Shown here: positions 33,001-43,418 of the stretch, in pieces
Numbering within the stretch: position 1 is the stretch's first letter
Layout of the letters: every line of letters begins with the position of its first letter
Assembly: GCA_000002445.1 (NCBI GenBank)
Contig: CM000208.1
Coordinates: 1,568,001 to 1,632,000, forward strand
Length of the DNA: 64,000 nucleotides
From: Trypanosoma brucei
Taxonomy: Eukaryota
Reading direction: 5' to 3'
Notes under the pieces: generated by a model
Told to the model about the DNA's origin: nothing
Database searches by the model: none
Seen by the model: the letters and a program-made list of their open reading frames with translations, nothing else
Made by a program: the position numbers and the translations under genes

Positions 33001-34805
33001 GATGAGTCACACATCAGGCTTTTCAACTTTTCCCTGACAACCTCTGACCCTGCGCATTCAGTAATGGTGACCAACACACGTCCCAAGGAAGCGGTACCCA
33101 CATAATGAGCTGCCCCACTTGCCTGACAGAGCGGTGACTGTCCCCGTGTTTCACCACACAGTGCACAAATGGAACCTATATTCCAATTGTGCTGCAATAT
33201 AATATCGATTGCCTCACAGACGTGCCTCCCGTGCAACACCATATCCATCTCTGCGCATAGCAACTGCGGATCAACAATATAGGGAAAGGCACCACCTCCG
33301 ACAAGAGAGTTGCAGGTATCTCCGCCACTAGGCAAAAACTTTTCAAACGCCTCCTTTGTCACCTTCCCAAGTGTTTTCATGACGCTTGGGTTAGCGACAG
33401 CCCCAATGCACTGCAACATAAGGGTGGCACGCTCTGACGACGAAATAGAGCAGCCACGCACGACTTCGCGAAGAAGGAAAAGAATGCTGTATACTGTTGC
33501 AGGACTTTCCACTGCCCGAGCAACGGGGGAGTTCATTAGAACCCTCTTCATCACTCTCGCACAACTGCCCACGAGCGATACGACGATACCCGCGAGTACT
33601 TCAGCCTGTAAACGCGTATCCAGAGTCAAGGTGGCTACAAAGTAGGCTGCATGTGGCATCAAGCACTTCACCAAGCTCACAATCTCCAGTGATCCTTCCG
33701 TGACATCATCCAGGAACGGCTGAATGATCGCACATATACACAAGTAATAAGGGTTACTAGTGCCCATGCCAGGCGTACATAGACGTAGCAGCTTTCGGTA
33801 CAGGTGCATTCGCACCGCAGGTTGGTTGAGCGTGTCCTTGACATCTTCACTGCAGAGACTTGGGTACAAAAAACTTTCCACGAACTCCTTCCGAATAGGA
33901 GACCGAAGGGTCAGAAACACGCTAGTTAGACGAATTGAAAGCGACCGCCCGTACATCGGCCCTGTGCTGATGCATGGAGCAGCCCGCTTCAACCGCTCAT
34001 AGCATGCCACGATCTGTTCAACATGCATTCTCCGTGGACTCGAGCGAATCACATTCATCAGTACCTCTACTTGTTCTTCTCGATCAACCTCCTCAGCTGT
34101 TTTTAAAATAAGCGTCAATGCACGGTTGGAAACAAGTGACGATGTGGCCCTGCACAATTCCCGCAGCTTCCGCTGCCACTGATTAATTATGTCAACGGGG
34201 ACGACACCATGCTCCACAAGCGTGACAGCAAGAAGAGAGAACGCACGATATTGCAAACTCGGCACAAGAACCACGTAGTGCGCAGGCCCCTCAAGGGAGG
34301 GGGAAGAAAGCCCAAAAACATCGCCACGTATCACATCACGTACAAACGGGTGTTCCGACCTTTGGGTATCAGGGATAATGTCAATTGCCGTTGCTATCAG
34401 CTGCGCATATCGCTGAATGTCTTCAATGCACACGTGCGGCATTTGCATGTGAAAAAGAAATGTGGCATAACTGAGGGAAACACAAAATGGGAAACCATTT
34501 ATTAAAGGTGCCGTGCGCGTATAATAGGATGCCAGTTCTCTAAGAAAATTCATGGAACTGAGGCTCTCCTTCAATCGGCACTGAACCCGCCTCACACACT
34601 GCGTGAACAACAACCTGTCTTCCTCCGGAGCCCTCTCCCATAAGTCTCTGACGGTGAGACGGCGAGGCTGCTGGGATATTGACATTTGTCGGCGACTCCG
34701 CGCAAGTGAAGGGTCCGCCCCACTTGACAATGAAGATCGAGCCGTCACGGATGCGGCACGTCGCCGCACTTGGTTCCTGGTGTTGTACGAAGCGAAAGAA
34801 TCCAT
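30021..34805 (-). CDS. Large conserved hypothetical protein (1594 aa): N-terminal α-helical/ARM-HEAT-like region plus low-complexity C-terminal half
   Basis: ATG confirmed at 34805-34803. The first ~950 aa are leucine-rich helical repeats with no family motif I recognise. The last ~600 aa are G/S/T/A/P/Q-rich and disordered. Uninterrupted 4.8-kb ORF on the transcription-unit strand. Confidence 0.6.
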   Translation of the reverse strand: MDSFASYNTRNQVRRRAASVTARSSLSSGADPSLARSRRQMSISQQPRRLTVRDLWERAPEEDRLLFTQCVRRVQCRLKESLSSMNFLRELASYYTRTAPLINGFPFCVSLSYATFLFHMQMPHVCIEDIQRYAQLIATAIDIIPDTQRSEHPFVRDVIRGDVFGLSSPSLEGPAHYVVLVPSLQYRAFSLLAVTLVEHGVVPVDIINQWQRKLRELCRATSSLVSNRALTLILKTAEEVDREEQVEVLMNVIRSSPRRMHVEQIVACYERLKRAAPCISTGPMYGRSLSIRLTSVFLTLRSPIRKEFVESFLYPSLCSEDVKDTLNQPAVRMHLYRKLLRLCTPGMGTSNPYYLCICAIIQPFLDDVTEGSLEIVSLVKCLMPHAAYFVATLTLDTRLQAEVLAGIVVSLVGSCARVMKRVLMNSPVARAVESPATVYSILFLLREVVRGCSISSSERATLMLQCIGAVANPSVMKTLGKVTKEAFEKFLPSGGDTCNSLVGGGAFPYIVDPQLLCAEMDMVLHGRHVCEAIDIILQHNWNIGSICALCGETRGQSPLCQASGAAHYVGTASLGRVLVTITECAGSEVVREKLKSLMCDSSRRLDSAVHLLLFHIFAHAGPHRKELYLEIEPYIRSTLVEVLNKSRAFGVLDSEERASLLTLHAKLVILLGNAVDRSHVDALLQALSCIQIHSNHDALVLWYLANLLLRRGGSNVDLLPTAPDENNYCVEYPDCAPTCKEAADNAQLLLKIIHRAHYFSPQMRKLVGCCVCKLIQDFNMQADNIITALLSPFGSVPVSLNSLVEYALPVGANSTFWSFFLRQMKTSAPARTALLASFVKSVTRRFSVASPVSCMPITGEETTAELFAVMAYETVRRCPPLARVVLHLLTSWVKQTRSTPGRFVSLVYTSLQMVMVIFRRSVGADVAEVGAETRQDAHHFGEAVSKAVQEIKMQVGRINDMAREIRDENVVFFRLLVRLLKRTKFVVKETVGESCDEIADMLGAGDSLDNEEEEGAGVSVEVCDVAQPDGTPYQGGELFSYSLEELQRPSDDNVFDDLTMSHGDFDAVPAPIPLHLQRRNEQKVEVTLTRRPHANTTFSSQLQDTVTSSADSLSPCSSGGSCGLPPAFDSGTGAADASGRKQGGITPLSKAQERLNESYRQAEGAETILTGRAPTVSKGIQTSPQEGQVKRINPATSPNGQLSNVAASTFPEAVLVESNPGRSKRFSEMLKEASTAIGDIGANSTWHEMSVFSEGDEEPIDDTTVPPLQGTNSANCVTVPSALALQFFATYQTAGDVFDELQRQDERRHYGECAGPPARRQVLATEGERRGDLAVYGFDRGTASQHNLVSTAAVAPHAAILPVVVEGRANNYDLPHSSRPQVPGRLVVAHVNMVNTADRKRAQDGGEAEGSACRMTAEKKNRVEGAGAGNPGQLVTYSPQPEQGQNGGHHDDAKQCYENRGATTTLLPQQETSAALRELEALLGHSGATSVSPTFGGEVATTTSGGVAMFPQGVVPRFFVEQGTGTTTLELRQAMGARDPNGVSSLTNNERRVRGNGIMGANVDGEVGNTWRSDVTAPPVPEYARDPQYSLEIV

Positions 34806-35366
34806 ACGTACAAAAACAATAGGTAGAAGGAAATTCTAGTGAGAATGAGCAAAAACGAAGCCAAACTAAAGAAAACTAAGGTGAAAAGGGTTCAAACAAT
34901 ACTGTTTCTTATATAGTGGCTATTGGTGATTTAATCCCGGTGAGGAGTCCCTTCCTTCCCTTCTTCGCGAATCGCTGCCTTCACCTCCCTTTTTCCTCGC
35001 TTCGAAAATTGGCCAAAATGAACGCGGAGAGCCAAGAGTGAAAAAGGAAAAAAGTGTTCAGAATCCCATACAAGTGCACCTACTGGGTCCTCCGTAGATA
35101 GAAATGATTACAAACATGAACACCCTGTCTCATCTGTACCAAACATATGAAGGATCTCCACCTCTTGTGGGAGGGGAAAATGTGGGGAAGGGGACCAAGG
35201 GGTAAGATGGCACATAAGGGGGACAGATAAAGATAACAGTGAAAAAAGGAAGTAATAAACAGCACTCCAAGGCGGATGTCAAGCGTACTCAGACCCAATG
35301 ATAAACTGGCACTTTTCACATTTACGCGAACCGCACATGCATTCGTACATACATTCTACCTTCCCA

Positions 35367-35386
35367 AACACACACACACACACACA
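35367..35386. repeat. (CA)10 microsatellite in an intergenic spacer
   Basis: Direct read: 'acacacacacacacacacac'. Confidence 0.9.
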
Positions 35387-35460
35387 AACTTCTGCGAGGA
35401 TTCGCATCAAACAAACTCCCCGTGTGCAAATTCTGATCGCACCTTCACTACCAAATGGGA

Positions 35461-36672
35461 CTAAAAGCGCTTGGGCCGTTTGCTCTTCTCTGCGAAGTTC
35501 CGCGCAATGTTCTGGAAGACAGGCGTCAGCAGCGGCTTCGCGAGTTGGGGAGCCCCAAGAGAGCTCGTCGCACGCTTTGGTACCTTCGTTACGACACCCG
35601 TAATGAGAACACGTTCCACGCCGCGTGCATCACGAAGGCGGGGTGGCTGCCCGTATTCTTTAACCCCATGCTTCCCAATTGCGGCCAGTTTACGTGGCGT
35701 ACGCGCGGCTTGGAGCGACTGCGGTGGCCCCCACGATCCAGCTGCCTTCTTAGAGTCCTCAGTACCGTATATGCTCGGTTGGGAAAGAAATACAGAGTCA
35801 TTTACCTTCCGAGAAAATTGGGCCACGTTGTTGGTCCCGTTAGAGATGCGCTGCCCACAACTAACCTTCTCTGACGACGTAAAACCAGTGCCGCCATCCC
35901 TAGGCGCTGCATCTCGGTGGCACAACGCAGCTGACACCCCTAGAAGACGGTTTTGCATTGCCTGCATAACATTGCTTATCACAGGATCCACACGTTCAGG
36001 GGTTATCGGTGGCGCAGCGGTTTCCGTGCCGTCGTGAAGCCGAAATTTTTCCTCCTGCTCGGGACCCACCGAATCCTCATCAGCACCCGGAGGTATTGTC
36101 AGTTGAAGCTGGGAGCTAAATGTGCAATCACTCTCGGGGCCCCGAATTGCCTGATCCCCATTTTTCCAACAAGAAATGGTGTCGTTGCAAGCATCCCCCG
36201 TCTGCATGCAGGCTGGATCTCGAAACCCACCACAAATCGGAGTTCTAGACGTGCTGCAAGTGGTTGTGTTAACAATGTTTGGCGATGGGAAATCAAAAAG
36301 TGGTCTAGCAACGGCGTGCCCATCCTCACCCCGCTCTTTTCCTAATGGCGTATAGTCCTCAACGCCCGCCTTAAGGCCTCGGTTTTTTGCCTTCCGGCTT
36401 CGCATACGTCTGCGACCTGCACTGCTCCTGGGTGAGTGTGCTCCACCCGCACTGGACATCGACCCCGGACGCACAGAATGTGGACAGTCTCCCCTACCGC
36501 CACTGTTTCTGGCACTTGATCTTTTGGTCGATGAGCCGCGGGGACCACTCGTGGAGAACGTAGGACTGCGGTCATCCACTTTTTCTCTGTCAATTTTTAA
36601 CTTGGCGGTCGCTTTCAAAAGCTCTTCAACATCTACACAAAAAACACCTACCGGCGGCCTTCGACTCATCAT
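35461..36672 (-). CDS. Hypothetical protein with Arg/Ser-rich (RS-like) N-terminal region
   Basis: The track ORF starts at 36927 with TTG. The first ATG pair is at 36672/36669 (MMSRRPPVGVFCVDVEELLKATAKL...), giving ~403 aa. The RS-like segment is 'SSTKRSSARNSGGRGDCPHSVRPGSMSSAGGAHSPRSSAGRRRMRSRKAKNRG'. The rest is Cys/Thr-rich with no known domain. The upstream 250 nt of the track ORF are hydrophobic low complexity and probably 5'UTR. Confidence 0.45.
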   Translation of the reverse strand: MMSRRPPVGVFCVDVEELLKATAKLKIDREKVDDRSPTFSTSGPRGSSTKRSSARNSGGRGDCPHSVRPGSMSSAGGAHSPRSSAGRRRMRSRKAKNRGLKAGVEDYTPLGKERGEDGHAVARPLFDFPSPNIVNTTTCSTSRTPICGGFRDPACMQTGDACNDTISCWKNGDQAIRGPESDCTFSSQLQLTIPPGADEDSVGPEQEEKFRLHDGTETAAPPITPERVDPVISNVMQAMQNRLLGVSAALCHRDAAPRDGGTGFTSSEKVSCGQRISNGTNNVAQFSRKVNDSVFLSQPSIYGTEDSKKAAGSWGPPQSLQAARTPRKLAAIGKHGVKEYGQPPRLRDARGVERVLITGVVTKVPKRATSSLGAPQLAKPLLTPVFQNIARNFAEKSKRPKRF

Positions 36673-37332
36673 GTAGCCAATACTTGGGGACACAGTAACA
36701 AACAAAGCAAAAAAACAAGGAGTTTTGAGCCGCCGACACAACCCAACAGTTTCTGATAGTAATCCCCTTCTGTACTTCTCCGCCTTCAAGGGCCCTCCGC
36801 AGTAACACGCAAGGACGTACGCGAGCAATGGTGCCAAGCTTGCTGCAAAGTGTTCATTGTGTCGCAAAAATAAGAAAATAAGGGAAAGGGGAGAAACAAG
36901 CACGGAAAAAAAAAGTGGAGTGGACAAAGAAAACGAGCGGCTCCGCTACGAAGCCAGTAGCAGCAAAGGCGCTGCGGCCTGTGTTACACTTATTGGACAA
37001 CGAGAAACAGTAGTGAAATGACAATAAAGTGAGGTTACGAATGATAACCGGCCTCAATGTTTATAGGTTTCGCCTCGCAATCACTCACGCGTCTCACAAC
37101 GACGCTCGTCGCAGCAGCAACTGTCTCTATATCCGGCACGTAACAACATACATACCAAGGCGTGTGACGCGTAGTTCTACATTCACAGGTCCATAGGAAG
37201 CGCAGTGGCCCACTAGAAAGGGGAAAGAGGCAACAGGACAGAAGAAAAAAAAAACAGCCCACCACGCCCACGCGCGAATGCGAGCTGCAACAAAGCCGTA
37301 ACTTGGAACAACCAACGTGTGAACCACAACAC

Positions 37333-38694
37333 CTACTCAAAGTTGCTCCGTGGCAGTGAAGCAATGTTAGCCGCCTGGCAACGCCTCTCCATCTCGAGCA
37401 ACGTCGCGCTGTACAACTTTTCTCCTTTCTTAAGCTCAAAGTGTAAGTCTTTTATCAGTTGATTTTTTCGTTGAAGCCATTCGTCGACCTCAGTCGCGAT
37501 GAGTTCCAGCGTCTTTGGTTCGAGGTTCATGGCGCGCAAAACACCTTCAAGTTGTACATCCCTTTCCTCTACAAGAGCGTGAGACTCGATAAGCTTTTGC
37601 TGGAGAACCTCATTGCGCTCCTCGACTACCATCACCGCTTGCCGGAGCGCGGATTCAAACTTCCCCTTGAGCTCCTCGCGCTCCCGGTGCACGCAGGCGT
37701 AACGCTCCTCCAAGGCCTGATGTTCTTCACGCTGTCGGCGAATCTCCTCACGCAACGACCTTAACTTAACACGAGTGACCTCGAGACCCCGCTTGTTCTG
37801 TTCATTCTGCTTCCGTTTCTGCTGCAGCTCCGCAACCTCACGCTGAGCTTCTTCTAACGGTGCAACAAGATTTTGATTCTCCCGATCAATATCATACATT
37901 AAAGTCTCATTATGCTCGTCGTTCTGCTTCATCTGCGCTATTTCTTCCTTTAAGGAATGAATGATTTCTAGGTTATTTGTGGTTATTTGGTTGTAGTATG
38001 TCTTCATTTCATGAAATTTCTCTTCATGCTGCTTAATGAGGGCGTTTATGTGCTCATTCTTTCTTTCTTCAATCTCATGAATCTCCGCACGGCGTCTTAA
38101 CTCCAGTTCATCCCGCAACACTTTTAACTTGGCCTCACAGGATACCTGCAGTCGCGCGAGCTCCTTTTCATGACTCTGTGTTTTTGTAACGGTTACCATG
38201 TAGCTGTGCGAATCGCGCTTCTCGTACACGTTCATTTCATGGTCAGCCGCTGCTGCCCGGAGCTGCTGGTCTTGCTGTTGGAGCTTAGCCTGTATCTCAT
38301 TCATGCGCTGGAGGTGCCGGTCTTCCGCCTCGCGAAGCAGACGGTCACTTTCATCCTTGCACGCCTGCGCCTTCTTCTTCCGCTCATAAATGAGGTGACG
38401 CACCCTCTGCTTGTATACCTTCATCTCTACCTGGTGTGACCGCTCCAGTTCTTCAATGCTCGCCTCCGCATTGAACAGCCGATTGCGATAAGTCTCCACC
38501 TCCCCCTTTGTAATCGTCCAGAAGTCATTCACCTTGTCACGCTCTACCTGGAAGTAGTTCCGAAGTCGCTCGGCCTTCGCCAACGCGTCATGAACCGATT
38601 CTAAAGTTGTGAGCTCCACTAGAGGATCAACTGGTGGCGGGGCCTTGACTGACTTTCTCCTTCCACCGCGCTCAGCAGCGGTCCGTGGTGGCAT
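37333..38694 (-). CDS. GAS8: Trypanin / GAS8 (dynein regulatory complex subunit DRC4) homologue
   Basis: 453 aa, ATG confirmed. Continuous heptad coiled coil of the GAS8/GAS domain type: 'ELQQKRKQNEQNKRGLEVTRVKLRSLREEIRRQREEHQALEERYACVHREREELKGKFESAL'. The size (453 aa) and basic N-terminus match what I remember of T. brucei trypanin. The identity comes from memory of the family. Confidence 0.65.
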   Translation of the reverse strand: MPPRTAAERGGRRKSVKAPPPVDPLVELTTLESVHDALAKAERLRNYFQVERDKVNDFWTITKGEVETYRNRLFNAEASIEELERSHQVEMKVYKQRVRHLIYERKKKAQACKDESDRLLREAEDRHLQRMNEIQAKLQQQDQQLRAAAADHEMNVYEKRDSHSYMVTVTKTQSHEKELARLQVSCEAKLKVLRDELELRRRAEIHEIEERKNEHINALIKQHEEKFHEMKTYYNQITTNNLEIIHSLKEEIAQMKQNDEHNETLMYDIDRENQNLVAPLEEAQREVAELQQKRKQNEQNKRGLEVTRVKLRSLREEIRRQREEHQALEERYACVHREREELKGKFESALRQAVMVVEERNEVLQQKLIESHALVEERDVQLEGVLRAMNLEPKTLELIATEVDEWLQRKNQLIKDLHFELKKGEKLYSATLLEMERRCQAANIASLPRSNFE

Positions 38695-39212
38695 TCAAAA
38701 ACGAGAAGAGCCTACGGGGTACGCCACGATGCAGTCTGAAAAGTAGTGCAGTCGCAACGTACAAATATATACAAAATTAGCAACAATTGTGGTAAGAACG
38801 GGAATTGGAGAAAGGAAACATGCGAATAATCTCAGAGAATTCATCGAAAAGAAAATATGGCGATATGCCGGCATTCGCCTCTTGTGGAAACCAATCTACT
38901 CGACCACACAACGGAGAGTACTAAGTGGACAATTGATTGGCAGCGCAGCCAGTGCACACGGGAAAAGAGCCGCCATTAAAACAAAAGAAAGAGCGCATGA
39001 CTGAAGCGCATGTAGGTAGTTTGCCTTCCAGCGTAAGTCGAGAAAAACCTAGTGTGGAGAACGGATCAAAATCAAAGGGAAGTAAAGGTGCACATGCAAA
39101 TGTGTGGATACATGCTCTCCCTCTTAAACTATCTCAGCTATACCCTCCGCACACGAACGCGACGACACGGGCCCAAGTGCAAGAAAAAAGATTCTATTTC
39201 CACCTATCAAAA

Positions 39213-40676
39213 TTAAACCGGCTCCCCTCTGTGCCTCTGCAGTAGCTGATCTTGCTCAAGCAAATCCTTTATGTCTCGCACCTTGTCACGGATGTTGCGC
39301 CAAGAATCACAGCGAACCTTCTTTACCGCCCACTCTTGTAACTCGTAGACACATGCCTTATATTCTCCTTTGCGACGCGCTGCCTCCGCAAGCAACTCAG
39401 CAGACGACGAAAGATATGTCACATGGGAGAGCGCGGCTGCCCTGTAGCAATCGTATGCCTCGCGGTCGATTCTCAAGCGATCTGTTAGTTCTAAAAGCTG
39501 GCGGGAGAGCTTCTCGTACTCGGGCATCATCCCCCGTAACTCTCTGCAACTGTCAAGGAGTTGGATGCACCGCCCGCACGCAGATGACCTTACTTCACAC
39601 CACGGGGTCAATGTACACTCCAGCGCCCCGAGAACTGTGCCTAACTGCAGGCAGAATGCGCTTTGACCTTCCACCTGGTCCTCCAACAAGGAATCTTGGT
39701 GCACCTCAAACAGGGTACGCCGGAACTGTTCAAGCGCCTTCACCTGAAGGTGTAACCACGCTTCACTCGCCTCCAGCAGCCATTCCTGTACAGTTTCGTT
39801 ATCCATGTACGGTTCAGCCTTTTCTAGCACTACATGGTAATTATCTGACATCACATTATAGTGCTCAAGAAGCGACTTACAGAACTCTTGGATGTGGTCA
39901 GGCTCCGTCAGTACATCTAGGTTAGCCTGCTGCTGCCGGCACCACAACACCAACCGGCGCTGTTGGCTGCCGAGATGCTCCACATCTCTAGCCCGTTCAG
40001 TCTCAGCCCTCGATCCGCTACCGACGGCGGAAACCGCTTTTTTCCCAAGTTGCATAACATCAGACAACAGCTGCCGCACGGCAACTAGCGATGGCTCGTC
40101 CATAGATGCAGATGCAAGGCGCGCATCTTCCTCTAGTGATTTCCAACTCGCGTTTAGTTGCTTCTCCTTGGCCGACCAGGTCGCCTTATTTGCCACACCA
40201 AGCCACGTGACGATAGACTGTGCCTTTGATAAACGGGGTGGAGTAAGTGTTAGTATGTGGCGTAATCCCTCCAGCATAACTGACAGTTGCGCGGATAAAT
40301 CTACCGAACGCGTAACAAACGCCTGGTACGCGGCCAAAGAAACATCATTCACGGACGGCAGGGGGCAGCCAGCATCGTCACATCCCCGAGAAATTCTATC
40401 AAGCAAATGCAGTTCCTTCTCTAGCTCCTCGACCTCCTCCTCTATGTTCTCTGCCTCTTGCTCTTCATACGTCTTCAGTGCATCTATCTGATTCTGTAGT
40501 GTATCGGTATGAAAGACGAAGCAGTCATGCAGTACACGAAAAACATCAATGGTGGTGGCCCGCTCCTTACAGTCGTCGCCTGCACTCTTCACTTTATTGT
40601 ACAGGGCGTTGATCCTCTCGCTCGATTCCTCAAACGCCTCAAGGAGTGTCTGAATCGCAACAGTCTCACTGCTCAT
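39213..40676 (-). CDS. Conserved hypothetical α-helical/coiled-coil protein (spectrin-repeat-like)
   Basis: 487 aa, ATG confirmed (MSSETVAIQ...). Long amphipathic helices with regularly spaced W/L (e.g. 'VQEWLLEASEAWLHLQVKALEQFRRTLFEVHQD'). No catalytic motifs. Confidence 0.5.
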   Translation of the reverse strand: MSSETVAIQTLLEAFEESSERINALYNKVKSAGDDCKERATTIDVFRVLHDCFVFHTDTLQNQIDALKTYEEQEAENIEEEVEELEKELHLLDRISRGCDDAGCPLPSVNDVSLAAYQAFVTRSVDLSAQLSVMLEGLRHILTLTPPRLSKAQSIVTWLGVANKATWSAKEKQLNASWKSLEEDARLASASMDEPSLVAVRQLLSDVMQLGKKAVSAVGSGSRAETERARDVEHLGSQQRRLVLWCRQQQANLDVLTEPDHIQEFCKSLLEHYNVMSDNYHVVLEKAEPYMDNETVQEWLLEASEAWLHLQVKALEQFRRTLFEVHQDSLLEDQVEGQSAFCLQLGTVLGALECTLTPWCEVRSSACGRCIQLLDSCRELRGMMPEYEKLSRQLLELTDRLRIDREAYDCYRAAALSHVTYLSSSAELLAEAARRKGEYKACVYELQEWAVKKVRCDSWRNIRDKVRDIKDLLEQDQLLQRHRGEPV

Positions 40677-41040
40677 CTAGGCTGTTTTCAACTTTTCTCT
40701 CTTATTGCTCATCGTTTCATTTGATATAACATTATCATCATTGTTCCCATTGTTAATGAAGGGGGGAAAGGAAGGGAAGAGGGAAGAGATGGGATGTCAA
40801 GTACCAAAAAAAAAACGAATACAAGCGGGGTGGATGAGGTAGTGGAGGTGAAAGAGGTCTGAAACGAGACCTTCTTCACCGTCCATCTGCCCCCTAATTC
40901 CGATACTCTGATATCGGTTTGGTTAGCGCAAATATATACGTTAAGGGAAGTGCACACTTATACAAAAGGAGGAGCATCCCCGGGAACTAAAAAAAAACAT
41001 TCTGGAAGCCCACCGAATACTTTAAGTACGGAGGAGGCAT

Positions 41041-41322
41041 CTAGTTGCTCTGCTTCAACTCACGAAGTCGGCGGACCGTCGACCGCACGGTTGTGTTGTT
41101 CGGCGTACTCAGCGTGTAGGCGCCACCAGCAACCGTCTTGCTGCAACCATCGCAGCGCCAGATGCCAACGGCCTTGCGACGGAATGCGAACTTCCCGCAG
41201 AAGGAACAGAAGTGTTTCGCATGCTGAGACACCTCCAGCTTCTTGGCGCGCTTACGCGGGTTCGAACCATAGCGGGCGCCATAGCGCCCCATGACGCCCA
41301 TCTTGACGGTACGCTTCGCCAT
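41041..41322 (-). CDS. RPL37A: 60S ribosomal protein L37a (eL43)
   Basis: 93 aa, ATG confirmed. '[19 protein letters not shown]...[22 protein letters not shown]...[15 protein letters not shown]' carries the C4 zinc ribbon (C-x2-C...C-x2-C) and the conserved eL43 N-terminus. Confidence 0.92.
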   Translation of the reverse strand: MAKRTVKMGVMGRYGARYGSNPRKRAKKLEVSQHAKHFCSFCGKFAFRRKAVGIWRCDGCSKTVAGGAYTLSTPNNTTVRSTVRRLRELKQSN

Positions 41323-42341
41323 TGCTACCTAAATCTCCAGGTGGTGCTCCTGCACAGACAAGAAAAATCACGAGAGGGCGGACGGATTCAAACATGGAGG
41401 ACAGTTGTCGAAAACTGTTGAATGGCAATTGAGGATAGAACGTAGTTGTAAACAACGGAAAGTGCGTACCACAAAGCAGAGACCTCTGCCTCCCCTCAAT
41501 TGGCGGGCTCTGACGCATCTGATCATACTTCAATACCTACCGGAGCGACCATGCCGGGAACGCCTTTCGGGGCACCCTCCCCCTGCTCTTTCAAGACCAC
41601 AAAACTTTTGGGAATAACTCTCATGTTAAAGCAACACCAGGCGAAGGCCAAGCACATCATCAGTGACCTGGTAATACAACTGCTTCCTTATGCCCCCGGC
41701 ACAGATATCGCACAAACATATCAATAAAATACCCCAGCAGAACAAGAAAAAATAAAAGAGAAAAAGGAAACTAACTCTCTTCCACCAAACGCGCGCACAC
41801 TTCACCCAACACAATTACGTTCACCGGTGGTACAGGGAGCCGCACCCCCATCTCCCCCCAAATCTCATGCCTTCTTCTTCGCCCCCAGGGGCACGCACGT
41901 GCACGCTGTCACCTCTGTTACAATGCCCGTGTTGCAAATGCCTACTAGAGAAATGCACATAGCGGTGCACAGAATTTGCCGACCCAAGAGCGTAAGTTTC
42001 ACGGAAAAAACAACGCATACGTACACGAAGTTGGTGGCCCAAAGGAGAAAAATGTACTAATGGTTGGGGAATACCCACTCTTCAGTAGGCGTGTCCACGG
42101 CATTCACACCATTCATCACAACTCACGTTGCGATGTCGTTCACGGATGGAAACAAACGAGCTCTCCGTCCACTGCGTCACGTCCACAGGAAAAAAATCTT
42201 TCCGTCTCTTACGTCATACCACAGAGCCTGAATACTTTTCATCCCTCTGCTCATCTCAACGGTGCTCATACTTCCACCAATCTTCACTGCGACTACGTGG
42301 TCACTGAGCTGTCCGCAAACGCTCTTCGGTGTCCATTTCTT

Positions 42342-43001
42342 TCACACCATAAAAAAAGATGTGGCTAACAAACCTAATGCTAACACCATTGCGCTTCGCA
42401 CGTGCCTCGTAATTGCCTCACCCACCTCTCGGGAGTGTAAATCGTCCGACCGCTGTGGTGAGGGCACGGCACCCACATTACTCCCGCCCTCATCTGCAGT
42501 AGGCACAGTGTTGCTCACACCTCCCAAATACGTACTCAGGTTCGTCAACCACTCCCTCCATGGAAGCTGGTACATAGCCCACAAAAGAGATATCGCAATC
42601 AGTGAATAAGGGTCGGAAGAAAAAAAGAAAAAAGAGGTACTGCTCAGAAAAGGAAATGCCCCTCGGAGTCGAAATGAATTCCCATCTGAACTGGATGGTA
42701 CTCTCGCAGCTGCCGGGCGTGGCGGCGGCCCGTGCGAAGCGCCTTGTGTCCACCGCGAAGAACGTTGAAACGAAGACGATGCACCCTCACTTCTCCCCTT
42801 ACCATATAATGGAATAATATCGCCATTAACATTCTCATCAACTCTTCCGCGACAGACCGGACACTCCGTGTTCACTGCTGATCTTGGGGGATGAAGCCAC
42901 CTGCTAAGGCACCTCCAACAAAAGAGATGCCCACAGCGAGTTACAACAGGCTCGCTAGCCACCTCATAGCATATGGCACATGAAAAGTCAGTACGAGACA
43001 T
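42342..43001 (-). CDS. RNF5/RNF185-like C3HC4 RING E3 ubiquitin ligase, tail-anchored
   Basis: 219 aa, ATG confirmed. RING 'FSCAICYEVASEPVVTRCGHLFCWRCLSRWL...ECPVCRGRVDENVNGDIIPLYGKG' follows the RNF5/RMA1 pattern through 'PLYGRG'. A C-terminal hydrophobic anchor 'VLALGLLATSFFMV' is present. Confidence 0.85.
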   Translation of the reverse strand: MSRTDFSCAICYEVASEPVVTRCGHLFCWRCLSRWLHPPRSAVNTECPVCRGRVDENVNGDIIPLYGKGRSEGASSSFQRSSRWTQGASHGPPPRPAAARVPSSSDGNSFRLRGAFPFLSSTSFFFFSSDPYSLIAISLLWAMYQLPWREWLTNLSTYLGGVSNTVPTADEGGSNVGAVPSPQRSDDLHSREVGEAITRHVRSAMVLALGLLATSFFMV

Positions 43002-43418
43002 ACACTTTTACTGCTAAATACTTTTTGAACACTGCTAGAATTCGAAGCCACAGAAGCACAAAGAAAAGTCAGAAGTGGCAGAGTAAACCAGCAAAGCCAG
43101 TACAGATATTTAGAAAATTGGTAAAGGGCACAACTTTATAACCAGAGGCATACGAACATCACAATAAACTGTTAAACAAACACAAATGTAGTAATCTTAC
43201 GCAATAACAAACATTAAGATTTTTGCTCTTCCAAATGAAAGTAAGCGAAGAATAATCACACTACAACCTTCAGGACAAGGTTGCACAGATACAATTAACA
43301 AACCAGCAACTCTTCCATAATTAACCAATACCTTAAAATATAAAGAAACAAAAACATGAGAATTTATCATATGAACAGCAGTAATATCGACGACTGAAGA
43401 ATCCTGCAAAGAAAAAAA

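Noticed and set aside
41258-41275. tRNA T-loop-like string 'gggttcgaaccatagcgggcgcc'
   Set aside because: It lies inside the RPL37a coding sequence (encoding ...[10 protein letters not shown]...). No D-arm or acceptor stem is present around it. It is coincidental.
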